64,000 nucleotides of DNA from Octopus sinensis (Eukaryota), in the NCBI RefSeq assembly GCF_006345805.1, contig NC_043017.1, forward strand, positions 29,140,001 to 29,204,000. Direction: 5' to 3'. Numbering within the stretch: position 1 is the first letter of the stretch; every line of letters begins with the position of its first letter. Positions 26,801-39,327 of the stretch are shown one piece after another. A program made the position numbers and the translations under genes. A model generated the notes under the pieces. That model had not been told where the DNA came from and made no database searches. It saw nothing but the letters and a program-made list of their open reading frames with translations.

Positions 26801-28067
26801 GTAAAAAACAGTAAAAAAAAAAAAAGACGCCGAAATCATACCGCCTACGCTTCAAACAGTCACGTGACTACAAATGATTTTTTTTTTCGTCTTCGCTTGC
26901 AAAACAAGAGAGCGGTGTTCGTATTCGAGCGGTACGAACGAGAAATTATCCACTGAATAAAATTCTTCGTTCGTAACAATATCTTAACAGTGTTGCCTGA
27001 ATTTAAGCATATAAAATTTATTAAATACTGCTATATTCAGTACTTTCTTCTCATTTATATCCATATATGTTCACGTTCATGGGAGCAGGGCTCTTATGAG
27101 TGTTTCTGCGCGTATGCATATATACGCGCGGGTGCATGGACTATTATTAGAGTTCATTTATATAAACTATATTTGATACTTAAGCTCAAAATATATAAAC
27201 GTGAGTCATGAAAATTACTATTTAACCATCAGTGTTACTACAGACTGATATATTACAAGACTGACCTCAAAAAACTTGAAGTCAAAATATCGAGTTTTAA
27301 TTTATTCTATATTTTAATACTTAAATCGCAAAATTTATTGGAATTTTCAAAAGCGAAACTTATAAAAATTTCATGTTTGGTGCCAGATAAGGTCCAAGAT
27401 AATATATCAGAGCAAGCACAAATAAGTTTATAAATAATAACTATAATTAATACAAAAAGAAAAAAAACTAATAAAGAAAAATATATTGGCAATATACACT
27501 TCATGATTGCTTTTGGGACGATGCGCTTCCGTTGGCAAGATTAATTTGAACTATTTCATTTCACTTACGCTAAAGATAATTTAAGTTTGTTTGATTACAA
27601 TCAATGACGTAAATATCCATAAATAACAACTACAAAAGATGGTAGCGATAGCATCACATCATCACAAACAGAAAACTCCACCATCATCACCATTCAACGA
27701 CATTAACAGCCGTCACTAACATCAATCGGCATAAAAACATCAGAATCAGTAGAAGAAAGTATCATGATAACAACAACAACAACAGCCATATTCTTACTAT
27801 CAATTTTTCTCCCCCTGAATATTGGAACAAGGCCAAAAACTTAAAGGGTAGGGTAAGTAGATAAAATCAATTGCAGTACATACTTTACATCAAGTAGATG
27901 CTTTATATCAAGAAGTCCGGAACGATGAGTCAAAACTGATCTTGATGAGATTTGAACTCAGAACGTAGAGGGAGGGAGAGGTCATTTGATTAAAAACGAC
28001 TCAAATGCAAGTCTGTGAATTTAATATATATTCCCGGAAGCATAGTATAAGCGTCAAAGTTTATCTG

Positions 28068-28297
28068 TTTCTTTATTACCCACGAGGGGCTCAACATAGA
28101 GGGGACAAATAAGGACAGATAAACAGATTAAGTCGATTACATCGACCCCAGTGCGTAAATGGTACTTAATTTATCGATCCCGAAAGATGAAAGGCAAGGT
28201 CGACCTCGGCGGAATTTGAACTCAGAACGTATCGGCAGACGAAATACGGCTACGTATTTCGCCCGGCGTGCTAACGGTTCTGCCAGCTCACCGCCTT
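28068..28297 (-). mobile_element. SINE C with Tx1-like tail, full length
   Basis: TTTCTTTATTACCCACGAGGGGCTCAACATAGAGGGGACAAA..CTGCCAGCTCACCGCC. Confidence 0.92.
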
Positions 28298-28394
28298 TAT
28301 AAGTATCAACGTTTATCACCGAATTGAGTGAAAACAGAATGTAGATTGAGGCAGTTACCTACTGTAAGACATTAAATCCAACGCTTTATTAAAT

Positions 28395-28657
28395 CTTTCT
28401 TTACTACCCACAAAGGGCTACACAGAAGAGGACTTACAACACGTTGGGGGCACATAACACATAGAAAAACATTTAAAAAACATATGATATGATGAAAGGA
28501 ACGAAATGAAATATGAAAGTGTTGCTACCTGCCCCATCAGGCAACGCTACTTGATTCCCTTATCCCGTTCTCCGTTAAGTTTTACATGATATTTAAGTAT
28601 GTATGACTCGAAAGTCTTCATTTTCCAAGTCTCTGTACCTCATATTACGCGGCACCC
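28395..28657 (-). mobile_element. 263-bp retro-insertion ending in the Tx1-type terminus
   Basis: 18-bp TSD TCCAACGCTTTA(T/C)TAAAT (28377-28394 / 28658-28675); 3' end GCCCTTTGTGGGTAGTAAAGAAAG. Confidence 0.8.
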
Positions 28658-28984
28658 TCCAACGCTTTACTAAATTTATTAATTAAATGCTATAATAATA
28701 TTTATCGAAGTCTAATATTGGGGTATAACTAATTTATGGATATACTTCTCTAATAATGATCTTCAAATTTTGGCAGGGTGTCAGCAGTTAAGGGGCGAGT
28801 CTTTTACATAGACACATTAAGTGAATGGTACTTTGTTTTGTTGATACGGGAAAGATGTGAAGGCAAAGTTGACCTCGAAATTATAGGAAATCAGATTAAA
28901 CAAGAGGAAGAATTCCTGCTGAGTAATTTGTTCGATGTGCTTATGATCCCTGCATTTTGCCGCTTACACCGCACACGTATTTAT

Positions 28985-29275
28985 GTTTGTTCCTTTTCGA
29001 GCAACGCCTGGCTCATTAGGGCCGGTTTCCCTGTTTCCTTGGAGTATCGGTTCCCCACCTGGAGGGGACGCCGGTCCGTCGCAGGTGAGCTGCAAGATGC
29101 AGGAGGAAAGAGTGAGAGAAAGTTGTGGCGAAAGAGTCAGCACAAGTTCACCATTACCCTCTGCCGGAGCCGCGTGGAGCTTAGGTGTTTCGCTCATAAA
29201 CACACACATCGCCCGGTCTGAGATTCGAACCCGCGAACACTCGACCGCTGTCCTAACCACTAAGCTATGTGCCTA
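28985..29275 (-). mobile_element. SINE family B, body type B3
   Basis: B head followed by CTGCGACGGACCGGCGTCCCCTCCAGG..GAAACCGGCCC. Confidence 0.8.
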
Positions 29276-29543
29276 CACACAAGTATTTAGAGTAGGCATT
29301 TACTAAAAATATGAACGAACCCTAATGATACATTGTGCAAGTTATTTGATTGAATCGATTCAAAGACATGATCGCACATTTATTTTATCAACCCCGTTAG
29401 AATGGATGACATTTTTCATTAAGATATTTCTGCAGGTCAATTCCGTTGTAATTTCTTTATTATGATTATATAATCTTACACATAGAATTACAATTACAAA
29501 ACACACATGTAAAACAAATAATTAAGAGGTTCGCTTTTTAAAT

Positions 29544-31515
29544 TTTTTTTTTTTTTTATAACATTTATATTAAAAAATTCGTCTCTAAATTGTCCTTTGT
29601 ATAGCCAGTCGCATCTTATCACAGTTCAAACCCGGCAATTTACAAGCCCGCAGCTTTTATTTCCTCTCCTCCCTCCATAGTTAAGCTGGGTTTCTAACAA
29701 CCCACCTTTCTTCCACTTCTTCCATCTTTCTCATACACTCCCCGTGGTAAGCTCCTCTTCTCCAGCCCCATTTTGCTCCTCAGATGATATCTGAAGTAAG
29801 TGAGCAAGCCGGGGCGGAGACAAAGGTTCCTATCGCAACTCCTTCCATTCTTGTTCTCCACATGCATTCTTTTACTACTGCCAACGTACAGTGAAAACAT
29901 GCTCACCTTTTCGAGAGTCCAGTTGGCGGTATCATCTTAATCATAGACTCAGCCGACAGCTGTACTCGTCCTAGATGCGATAACACGTGTTCTGCGTAAC
30001 TTATCAAGTCTGACAACTTCCGACAGTGTACAAAGGCGTGCTGGACGGTTTCGTCGTCCAACTCGCACCTTGGACACGTCGGGGCACTGGAATTCCGTGC
30101 CGCGATAACTTCTCGCGAACAGGTAGAGCGTTCCTATAGCACTGCCAGGCCAGGGATCTTTGGAATTATCCAAGTACCCCGTCCTGAAAGTCTTTTTAAA
30201 CAGGTTGGTAAGCTGGTCTTCGTCCAAACCCCAGAGCCCCTCCTAGGACGTCGTCGTTTTTTGCCTCTACCAGCCTTCTATAAAATACCGAGGTGGTATT
30301 TCTGCAGCCGGCTTGCCCGCCTTGTGGATCAACGTGAGTGCCTGCGGCACTCCCTTTGCCACAAAGTCAGTTTCCATCTTTTGATGCGACCGGGTTTAAA
30401 ATCCGTTAAGGAGGCCAGTCTCGGGAAAAATTTCCCTGCCAGCGGACTCCACACCTTATCACCCTCCAGGTGGTGCCAGAGATGCTTCAGCCTCACGCAT
30501 GTCTGCGCATCATCAGCCAAGGCATTCCTAACCCACCCTTAACGGTTCCTGGCAGCAAACGGAGCGCCTCACAAGTGGCTTTCCTCCCTTCCACAAAAAG
30601 CGGAAAAGGATTCGCTCCAACTTGCTAAGCCATGAACCGGGGCAGGGGACAACGGTCAGGCGGTAAGTGATTACCGATGCAATGAACATCTGCACCACCT
30701 CCGCCTTCCTTTCAAGGACAGAGACCTTCCGGACCAGGTCCGTACTATGGCCTCCACCTTGCTCGTCACTCACTCCAGTTCCTCTCTGTTGGAGTCTGGC
30801 CCAAACCAGACTCCTAGCAACTTAACAGGGCCATCCGTCCAGTGTCCCACGACGCTGGACGATATCGACTTGTCCTCCAGGTGCCGAGGCGCAAGCCGAC
30901 CGACTTGTCCTTGTTAACCTTTGCTCCTGCCACCGCCTCGTATCCTCTGATAGCCTCTTCCACACAAGGTAGCTGGGCCTCATTGGATACGATGAGGGTG
31001 ACGTCATCGCGTAAGCAGTAACCGACCTCCCACCTCCGATCTCATCCGAGTTGCTTCCCAGCCTCTCCAACTTTCGCAGCAATGGCTCAAGAGCAACACG
31101 TACAAAAGTGGTGACAAGGGGCACCCTTGACGAACTGAACATTCAATCGAAAACGGTTCCGTTAGGTAACCGTTTATCTGGACGGTGGACTTGATGCGCT
31201 ATACATAGCGGAGATCCACCCGCGAAATTCAGGGCCCAGTCCAGCCGCTTCGAGGACCGTCGCCAGGTACTCATGGTCTACCCTATCGAAGGCTTTACTT
31301 TGGTCTAAATGGACCATTACCCCTCCCTTGCCGGTTATTTACCCACCCTGTCTAAGGTGTAGCGTATAAGGTGAAGATTGTCCTGGATCGACCTGCCTGG
31401 AATTGCACATGTCTGTGCTCTCCCTACAAGTTTCTCCACGACAACCGTCAACCTTTTTGCCAACACCTTGGCCAAAATCTTTAACTCTACATTAAGTAGA
31501 GTTATGGGCCTGTAG
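29544..31515 (-). mobile_element. Second, decayed 5'-truncated Tx1-clade LINE with an A-rich tail
   Basis: Same motifs as 24.4-26.8 kb (KILAKVLAKRL, LDQSKAFDR, LEPLLRKL, FLWKGGKPLVRRS) broken by several frameshifts; different 3' UTR. Confidence 0.92.
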
Positions 31516-31854
31516 TTACTAATGTTATTTAGTCCGGCACTCTAACGGTTTACCTAATTTTGCCACAAGATGAACAGTTTTCGAGGATGTATTTTACTCG
31601 ATTACTTCGTCCCCAGTACTTGATTGGTAATTTATCTTATCGATTCTGAAAGGCTAAAAGGGCCAAGTTTAACTCGAAGAAAATTTTAATTCAGAATGCA
31701 AAGGGCCGGAAGAAATGTTATTAATCCATTTTTCTACGAAATGAGTGAGGCAAACTGTAGCGTTATAGACACAGAGCTATTGCTATTCATCTCACTCATC
31801 GGCTGGATGCTGGAAACTGTTCGCCCAGCTCTCCGTCTAATGCACAGTTTTAAT

Positions 31855-32070
31855 ACTGGTTTCAAATTTTGACACAACGCCAACAATTTCGGGAAGGGTG
31901 TAAATCGATTATATCGATCTCAGTGCACAACTGGTACTTATTATATCGAACCCGAAAGGATAAACGGTAAAGTCGACTTCTGCTGCATTTGATCTCAGTA
32001 AGAAAGAAGGATGGAATGCCACTAAGCATTTCGCCCGGTGCTGTAAAGATTCTCCCAGCTCACCACCATA
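31855..32070 (-). mobile_element. SINE family C, diverged
   Basis: ATCGATCTCAGTGCACAACTGGTACTTA..AAAGTCGAC..CCCAGCTCACCACC. Confidence 0.8.
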
Positions 32071-32108
32071 TCCACAGCTTTAATGTTATAAGCTTTATAA
32101 TATTTTAA

Positions 32109-32172
32109 GCAGTCCAGTGGTAGAATGCTCGCCTGCCACGCGGGAGACCCGGGTTCGATTCCCGCCGATGAA
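32109..32172 (+). pseudogene. tRNA-Gly-GCC: tRNA-Gly(GCC) pseudogene
   Basis: CAGTGGTAGAATGCTCGCCTGCCACGCGGGAGACCCGGGTTCGATTCCCG matches metazoan tRNA-Gly-GCC; the 5' acceptor strand is partly deleted. Confidence 0.88.
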
Positions 32173-32704
32173 ACTTTGTTATTTTTTTTCGGGCCTTATG
32201 CCTAGAGTAGAAAAGAATATTATAGCCGGAATTCAGGGAAGGTTTTGTTTCTTTATTTTGTTCTTTTCAGGAAATCGAACATAACGCTTGACTGATATTT
32301 TATTTTGTAGACCCAAGAACAATACAAAAGTTTATCTCTGCAACTCATTTCCAGAATATATTTAAACGGACACTCAGAGAATTCATCAAATCATCGCTCA
32401 AATATTAATTATAGCTATTTCCAAAAGCAAAACCACACATTAAATTTAGATGAAGGTGTCAGTTGATTAAGTCGACTCGAATACCAGACTGATAATATAT
32501 TTAATGTACCCGGAAGTATGAGCAGTAAAGTTTATCGCCGCACCGTTCGAAAGCAAAATGTAAATAGAAACAACTAATCTAAGCCATTAAGACTAACACT
32601 TTAATAAAGTTGTTAATTAATGCCCAAATATTATTTATAATGATTTCTAATATTGACTCATGAATGAAAATTCAAGAACATGTAGATCTCAATTATAAGA
32701 ACGA

Positions 32705-33012
32705 TAAACATCGCCCTTTTCAAGCCTAACCAGGTGCATGGGCCCGGTTTCCCGGTTTCTGTGGCGTATGTGTTCCTTCTAGCTGTTCGGAACGCCAGTC
32801 CATCGCAGCGATACTCAAGAAACAGGAAAAGGGAGTGAGAGAAAGTTGGAGCGAAAGAGTACAACAGGGGTCGCCACCACCGTCTGCCGGAGCCTCGTGG
32901 AGCTTTCAGGTGTTTTCGCTCAATAAACGCAAACAACGTCCGGTCTGGGAATCGAAACCGCGATCCTCCGACCGTGAGTCCGCTGCCCTAACTACCGGGC
33001 CATTGCGCCTCC
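32705..33012 (-). mobile_element. SINE family B, body type B3
   Basis: B head GGAGGCGCAATGGCCCGG..; body CTGCGATGGACTGGCGTTCC..CAGAAACCGGGAAACCGGGCCC. Confidence 0.85.
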
Positions 33013-33440
33013 ACGATATTAATTATAGTGACGCCATTATGTTACAATATATTTTATTGACCATTGATGTTAGAAGGCCGAAGTTGTCTACTGAAGAATG
33101 TGAACTTAAACTGTAAGATGCAGTGACTAATTACCACAAGGCATTAGTCTGACACAGCAAGCAAAATGTCGCTTCACCGTCCTATTTGCAAAATCCGTTA
33201 CTAACGTAAGCAAAATTCCCCAACCTTTTTCTTTTAGCGGTTGATAAAACTGACACTATTATTTGACTATTATAGAAATGAGAGGAAAACTAACTTTGAC
33301 GGAATTTGAACCGTAATGTAAGACTTGGGACTAAATACCATAAACAGTCTATCAAATCACCACACAAATAATTTATAATACGGGAAAAATAAAAAATGGT
33401 CATCCTCGTTGAAACTCACTGTATTATTTGATTACTCCGT

Positions 33441-33835
33441 ACTCTTTTACTTGTTTCAGTCATTTGACTGCGGCCATGCTGGAGCACCGCCTTTTAGTTG
33501 AGAAAATCGACCCCAGGACTTATTCTTTATAAGCCCAGTACTTATTCTATCAGTCTCTGTTGCTGAACCGCTAAGTAACGGGGACGTAAACACTCCACCA
33601 TCGGTTCTCAAGCAATGGTGGGGGGACAAACACAGACACACAAACATATACACACACACATATTCATACATATATACGACGGGCTTCTTCCAGTTTCCGT
33701 CTACCAAATCCACTCACGAGGCTTTGGTCGGCCCGAGGCTATAGTAGAAGACACTTGCCCAAGGTGCCACGCAGTGGGACTGAACCCGGAACCATATGGT
33801 TGGTAAGCAAGCTACTTACCACACAGCCACTCCTG
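33441..33835 (-). mobile_element. SINE family A, full length
   Basis: All A modules present. Confidence 0.92.
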
Positions 33836-35341
33836 ATTTGGGGTATATATATTTTACATGCCCTTGAAAAAAAATGAACGAAAAGTCTGACCTGGGAAAG
33901 ATTTGATCTCGGCAGTTAAAGGGTAGTTACTAAATACCATTTTGTAAATTGTCCAACAATCTAATAAATTTGTTGCCCCATCGCCTTCGTACTAATAATA
34001 ATAATAATAAACACGAAGCCAATATAGAGATAACCATCAACTGAAATAAATTGGAATAACCGAAGAAAAAAATCGTTAAAGTTATTAACACTGAATTGAT
34101 TATCAATTTTATCACAGTTTAACCAGATTCATCTATTTTGTATTGCCTATTTATATATTTACTTTATAATGTTTATGAATACATAACGTATACTGGAACC
34201 ATTGTTTGTCTGTTGTTTTGCATTTTGTTGTTTTGAAATCAAAGGTCATGTTTGTTAGTTTTTTTTTATAATTATATATAAATGTTTTTATTTTGCTATT
34301 TTTATTTTTCAGTGTTTGGTTTTATCTTATGGAAACTGAATTGCAGTATTTGAATTTTATTTCAAACATAAAAAAAAAAACAACTTTTGACTCATATAAT
34401 GAATATAAATGAAGTCATTTAATAGATAGTCAAAACAACAACATTTGGTTTGATTATATATATTTTAGATGTATGGACAGCATTTTTAAATAGTTAAATG
34501 CCATTTGAAATGGGAAAATAATCAAATCAACAAAGTTATACTTAAGTAAATCAAGGGTGAAAAGAAACAAAAATATTTTAATCAGAATTAGAAATTTACA
34601 CAATGATGTGAAATGAAGTAGGAAGACTCAGTTGATTTATTGAATTGAAGCGATAACCCTCGCTTAATGATTAAATTGTTCGTACAACACCAACAAATAC
34701 AACAAACTCATAGCTTTATTACTATTGACAGACAGTAATGTCAGTGGTGACAGAATCGGAAAATAAAATAAATAACCAAAAAAAGCCACAGGAATACTGA
34801 ATACTATGTAGTGTAGAAATGAGGTAGGTGAATTAAAGTAAACTAAAGATTGATTTTCTTCTAATAGGCTAAACGTTCTTTCGTATAATATAAACGACAT
34901 GTGTTCAATAACTAGTGGCCAATTTAGAATTATTACTTCATATTGCTTTATAGTATTTAGCGTTTCCCAGTAGAGTTGTAATGTGTTGAAGAAGCAACTC
35001 TCTGTTTTTCTAGCATTCAAGTGATTAAAATGCGTTTATCGACTTGGACGTAGTATAAAATTCTCGAAGGATGTAGCTTCAAGTGTATATAAGAAATGCG
35101 AAATGAGTTAGGCAAACTATAGCGTTATAGACACAGATCTATTGTTATTCATCTCACAACATACATATTTGCATTTTACGTGCGTGAGTAAACAGTTTAT
35201 TAGTATTTGTTTATGGTGCAGCCAAAGACACGTTTTTAATTAAGCGTGTGCTACACTGGGTGTGTCATATTTGCCCATTATTAATTTTATCTTGAACTAA
35301 AAATTTTCCGAATTTGGTTCATAATATTTAGGAGTTGTTTG

Positions 35342-38300
35342 GGATCTTTTCCTTTTGAACGGTAGTTTTCAACACAATTTATAGTTAACTTTTAGGATCT
35401 TTTCCTTTTGAACGGCATATGTCAACACAATTTCTAGTTAACTAAACACTTTTAAACTTCGTATACTGGTAGAATGTGTCAAAATAAAATATTTTTTTGG
35501 ATCTTTTCCTTTTGAACGGCACTTTTCAACACAATTTCTGATTAACTAAACACATTTAAACTTCGTATACTGGTAGAATATGTCAAAATAAAACATTTTT
35601 TGGGATCTTTTCCTTTTGGACGGCACTTTTCCACACAATTTCTAGTCAACAAAAAACTTTAAAACTTCGTATTCTAGTAGAATGTGTCAAAATAAAACAT
35701 TTTTTGGATCTTTTCCTTTTGAACGACACTTTTCAACACAATTTCTAGTTAACTAAACACTTTTAAACTTCGTATACATAGTAGAATGTGTCAAAATAAA
35801 ACATTTTTTCTCTTGGCTTTCTTGAGAAAATTGTAATTTGTTTGTTTAACGTAGTTTAAATTTTCGAATTTGTGCGACAACTAATTCATTCGGTTGTACA
35901 AATTGTTTACACGGGAACTCTTGCCCTTGTGGAAGTTTTCCCGTTTTTATAAATTTGTTTCTGGGCTTTTTTAGCCATTTTCTGTTTTGGCGACTTGAAG
36001 CCAAGAAGTCGTCGTTGGAAAGAACGGTGGTCTCCTTGACAACGCTTACGACGTTGATTTCCTTACACTGCCTTCCCCACAGCTTCACGAGGGAGGGGGG
36101 AAAAGGGGAGGAGCTACACAGGTGCAGGTGTGAGTATGGTCGCCAACGCCGCCACCATCATAACCACCACTACCACCACCACCACCACCACTGCCACTAC
36201 CACCTACGCCGTCGCTATTTCATATACCACCACCACCATACTATTACCTCTGCTCTCTCCTTTTCGCTACTAAATCTATTACCATATTTCACAAGTACCA
36301 TCGCCATACAATATTGCCTTCAAAAGTTTGTGTTTGGATAACATTTTTTATGTAAAAGTTGTGCAACAACTAAAACATTCGGTTGTGCAAATTCTTTGCA
36401 CGGGAAACCTTCCCTGTGTGGCGGTTTTTCCCGATTTTGTAGAATTTGCTTTCGAGCTTTTTAGCCATTTTCTGTTTTGGGCATGGTGTCTTCAAGCCAT
36501 GACGTCGTCGTTGAAAAGAACGTTGGTCTCCTTGACAACGCTTTACGACGTTGATTTCCTTACACTGCCTTCCCCACAGCTTCACGAAGGAGGGAGGAAG
36601 GGGAGGGAAGCAACACAGGTGCAGGTGCAAGCATCGACGCCAACTCCGCCGCCACCGACATACGAAAATATTGGAAGAATCCAGACGACAGCTTCACAGT
36701 CAAATACTACTACGCACACACACACACACACATACACACGCACACACGCACACACACACACACACACGCACACACACACGCACACGCGCGCACACACGCA
36801 CACATACGCACACACGCACACACACACATACAAGCACACACGCACACACACGCACACTCATAAAAAGTTATAGAGCACCATTTAATGACAAAAATTCAAT
36901 GAATAGAAGTTATGGAATATCACAGCTCGAGACTTCTAAGCATTTCTTTGAAGGTGCATGGCTCAGTGGTTAGACTGTTGAGCCTACCATCCTGGGACCT
37001 TTTCCTTTTGAACGGCACATGTCAACACAAGTTATAGTTAACTAAACACTTTTAAACTTCGTATACTGGTAGAATGTGTTTATAAAACATCATTTTTTCT
37101 TGGCTTTATTGAGAAAATTCTATAGGTTGTAACATATTTCCACTTTAAAATCGAGCATTTCGGCAATTTTAACCAATCAAATACGTCCATTTGGGGTGAA
37201 AACATACCGTGCTGTATGAATATATCCCTCGTGTAAGAAACAGATTGGGTTTGTTTACATTTGCGAAGAAATAAAGAGACCCTTCCCCCACTCCTAACCC
37301 TAATCATAACCATAACTCTAAACCTATCCCTAAAACAGATTGAAATGCAATAGATCGATACTAGGGTTATAATTATGGGTGACAATTTCATACGACACCG
37401 CTGCGGTGTCAAATGAAAATGTCACACATAATTATAACCCTAGTATCGATCTATTGCATTTCAATCTATTTTAGTATTAGGTTTAGTTAGAGTTAGGGTT
37501 TGGGGGACGGTGATGTTAGGGTTAGGGGTGGCGGAAGGGTATCTTTTTTTCTTCACAAATGTAAACAAACCCAATCTGTTTCTTTAACGAGGGGCATATT
37601 CATACAGAACGGAATGTTTTCACTCCAAATTGACGTATTTGATTCGTTGAAATTGCCGAAATGCTCGATTTTAAAGTGGAAATAACTTACAACCTATAGA
37701 ATTTTCTCAAGAAAGCCAAGAAAAAATGATGTTTTATTTTGACTCATTCTACCAGTATACGAAGTTTAAAAGTGTTTAGTTAACTATAACTTGTGCTGAA
37801 AAGTGCCGTTCAAAAGGAAAAGGTCCCAGGATGTTAGGCTCAACGCTCTAACCACTGAGCCATGCACCTTCAAGGAAATGGTTAGAAGTCTCTAGCTGCG
37901 ATGTTCCATAACTTCTATTCATTGAATTTTTTTCATTAAATGATGCTCTATGACTTTTTATGAGTGTGCGTGTGTGTGCGTGTGTGTGTGTGTGCATGTG
38001 TGTGTGTGTGTGTGCGAGTGTGTGCGTGCGTGTGTGCGTGTGTGTGTGAGTATGTGTGTGTGTGTGCGTGTGTGTGTGCATGTGTGTGTGCGTGTGTGCG
38101 TGTCTGCGTGTGTCCGTGTGTGTGTGTGTGTGCGTGTGTGCGTATGTGTGCGTGTGTGTGTGTGTGTCCGTAGTAGTCGTTGACTTGTGAAGCGGTCGTC
38201 TGGGTTCTTCCAATTTTTTCGTGTGTTTGGCGTCGATGCTAACACCTGCACCTGTGTTGCTTCCCTCCCCTTCCTCTCTCCCTCGTGAAGCTTGTGGTGG

Positions 38301-39290
38301 AGGGAGTGTAAGGAAATCAACGTCCTATAGCGTTGTTAAGGAGACCAGCCTTCTTTTCAACGACGACTTCAAGGCTTCAAGTCGCCATCGTCAAAACAGA
38401 AATGGCTAAAAAAGCCAAAACCAGAGACACAAACTCGGGAAACACGCCACACAGGGCAGGTTTCCCGTGCAAGCAATTTGCACAACCGAATGAATTAGTT
38501 GCTGCACAACTTTTACATAAAAATTATTATCCGAACACAAACTTTTGAAGGCAATATTGTATGGCGATGGTACTTGTGAAATATGGTAATAGATTTAGTA
38601 GCCAAAAGGAGAGAGCAGAGGTAATAGTATGGTAGTGGTGGTAGTGTTAGTGGCGGCGGTGGCAGTGGAAATAGCGACGGCGTAGGTGGTAGTGGCAGCG
38701 GCGGTGGTCGTGGTCGTGGTGGTGGTGTTGCTGGCGTAGTTGGCGTCCATGTTTACACGTGCACCTGTGTAGCTTCTCCCCCTTCTTCCCTCCATCGTGA
38801 AGCTGTGGTGAAGGGTGTGTAAGGAAATCAACGTCGTAAACGTTGTCAAGGAGACCACCGTTCTTTCCAACGACGACTTCATGTCTTCAAGACGCCATGC
38901 CCAAGACAGAAATGGCTAAAAAAAGCCGAAAAACAGATCCACAAAAACGGGGAAAACCGCCAAACAGGGCAAGGTTCCCGTGCAAACAATTTGCATGACC
39001 GAATGAATTAGTTGTTGCACAAATTCGAAAAATTAAACTACGTTAAACAAACAAATTACAATTTTCTCAAGAAAGCCAAGAGAAAAAAATGTTATATTTT
39101 GACACATTCTACCAGTATACGAAGTTTAAATGTGTTTAGTTAATCAGAAATTGTGTTAAAAAGTGCCGATCAAAAGGAAAAGATAAAAAAAAATGTTTTA
39201 TTTTGACACATTCTACCAGTATACGAAGTTTAAAAGTGTTTAGTTAATCAGAAATTGTGTTGAAAAGTGCCGTTCAAAAGGAAAATATCC
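35342..39290. mobile_element. Foldback-like 3,949-bp palindromic DNA transposon derivative
   Basis: Termini GGATCTTTTCCTTTTGAACGG / CCGTTCAAAAGGAAAATATCC; exact TSD GTTGTTTG (35334-35341 / 39291-39298); symmetry axis GACACCGC-T-GCGGTGTC at 37402. Confidence 0.9.
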
Positions 39291-39327
39291 GTTGTTTGTT
39301 ATATTTTTTGATTACTAACTACTGATA

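Noticed and set aside
32109-32172. Functional tRNA-Gly gene
   Set aside because: The acceptor stem cannot form because of the 5' deletion and 3' mismatches
34664-35020. Hydrophobic 118-aa ORF as a chemotactile/nAChR-like receptor fragment or NUMT
   Set aside because: F/L/I/Y richness is expected from AT content; no Cys-loop, TM2 or mitochondrial motif could be matched
35846-38882. ORFs in the foldback's internal module as a transposase
   Set aside because: Short, not conserved in frame among the four module copies, and no DDE or zinc-finger motif recognised
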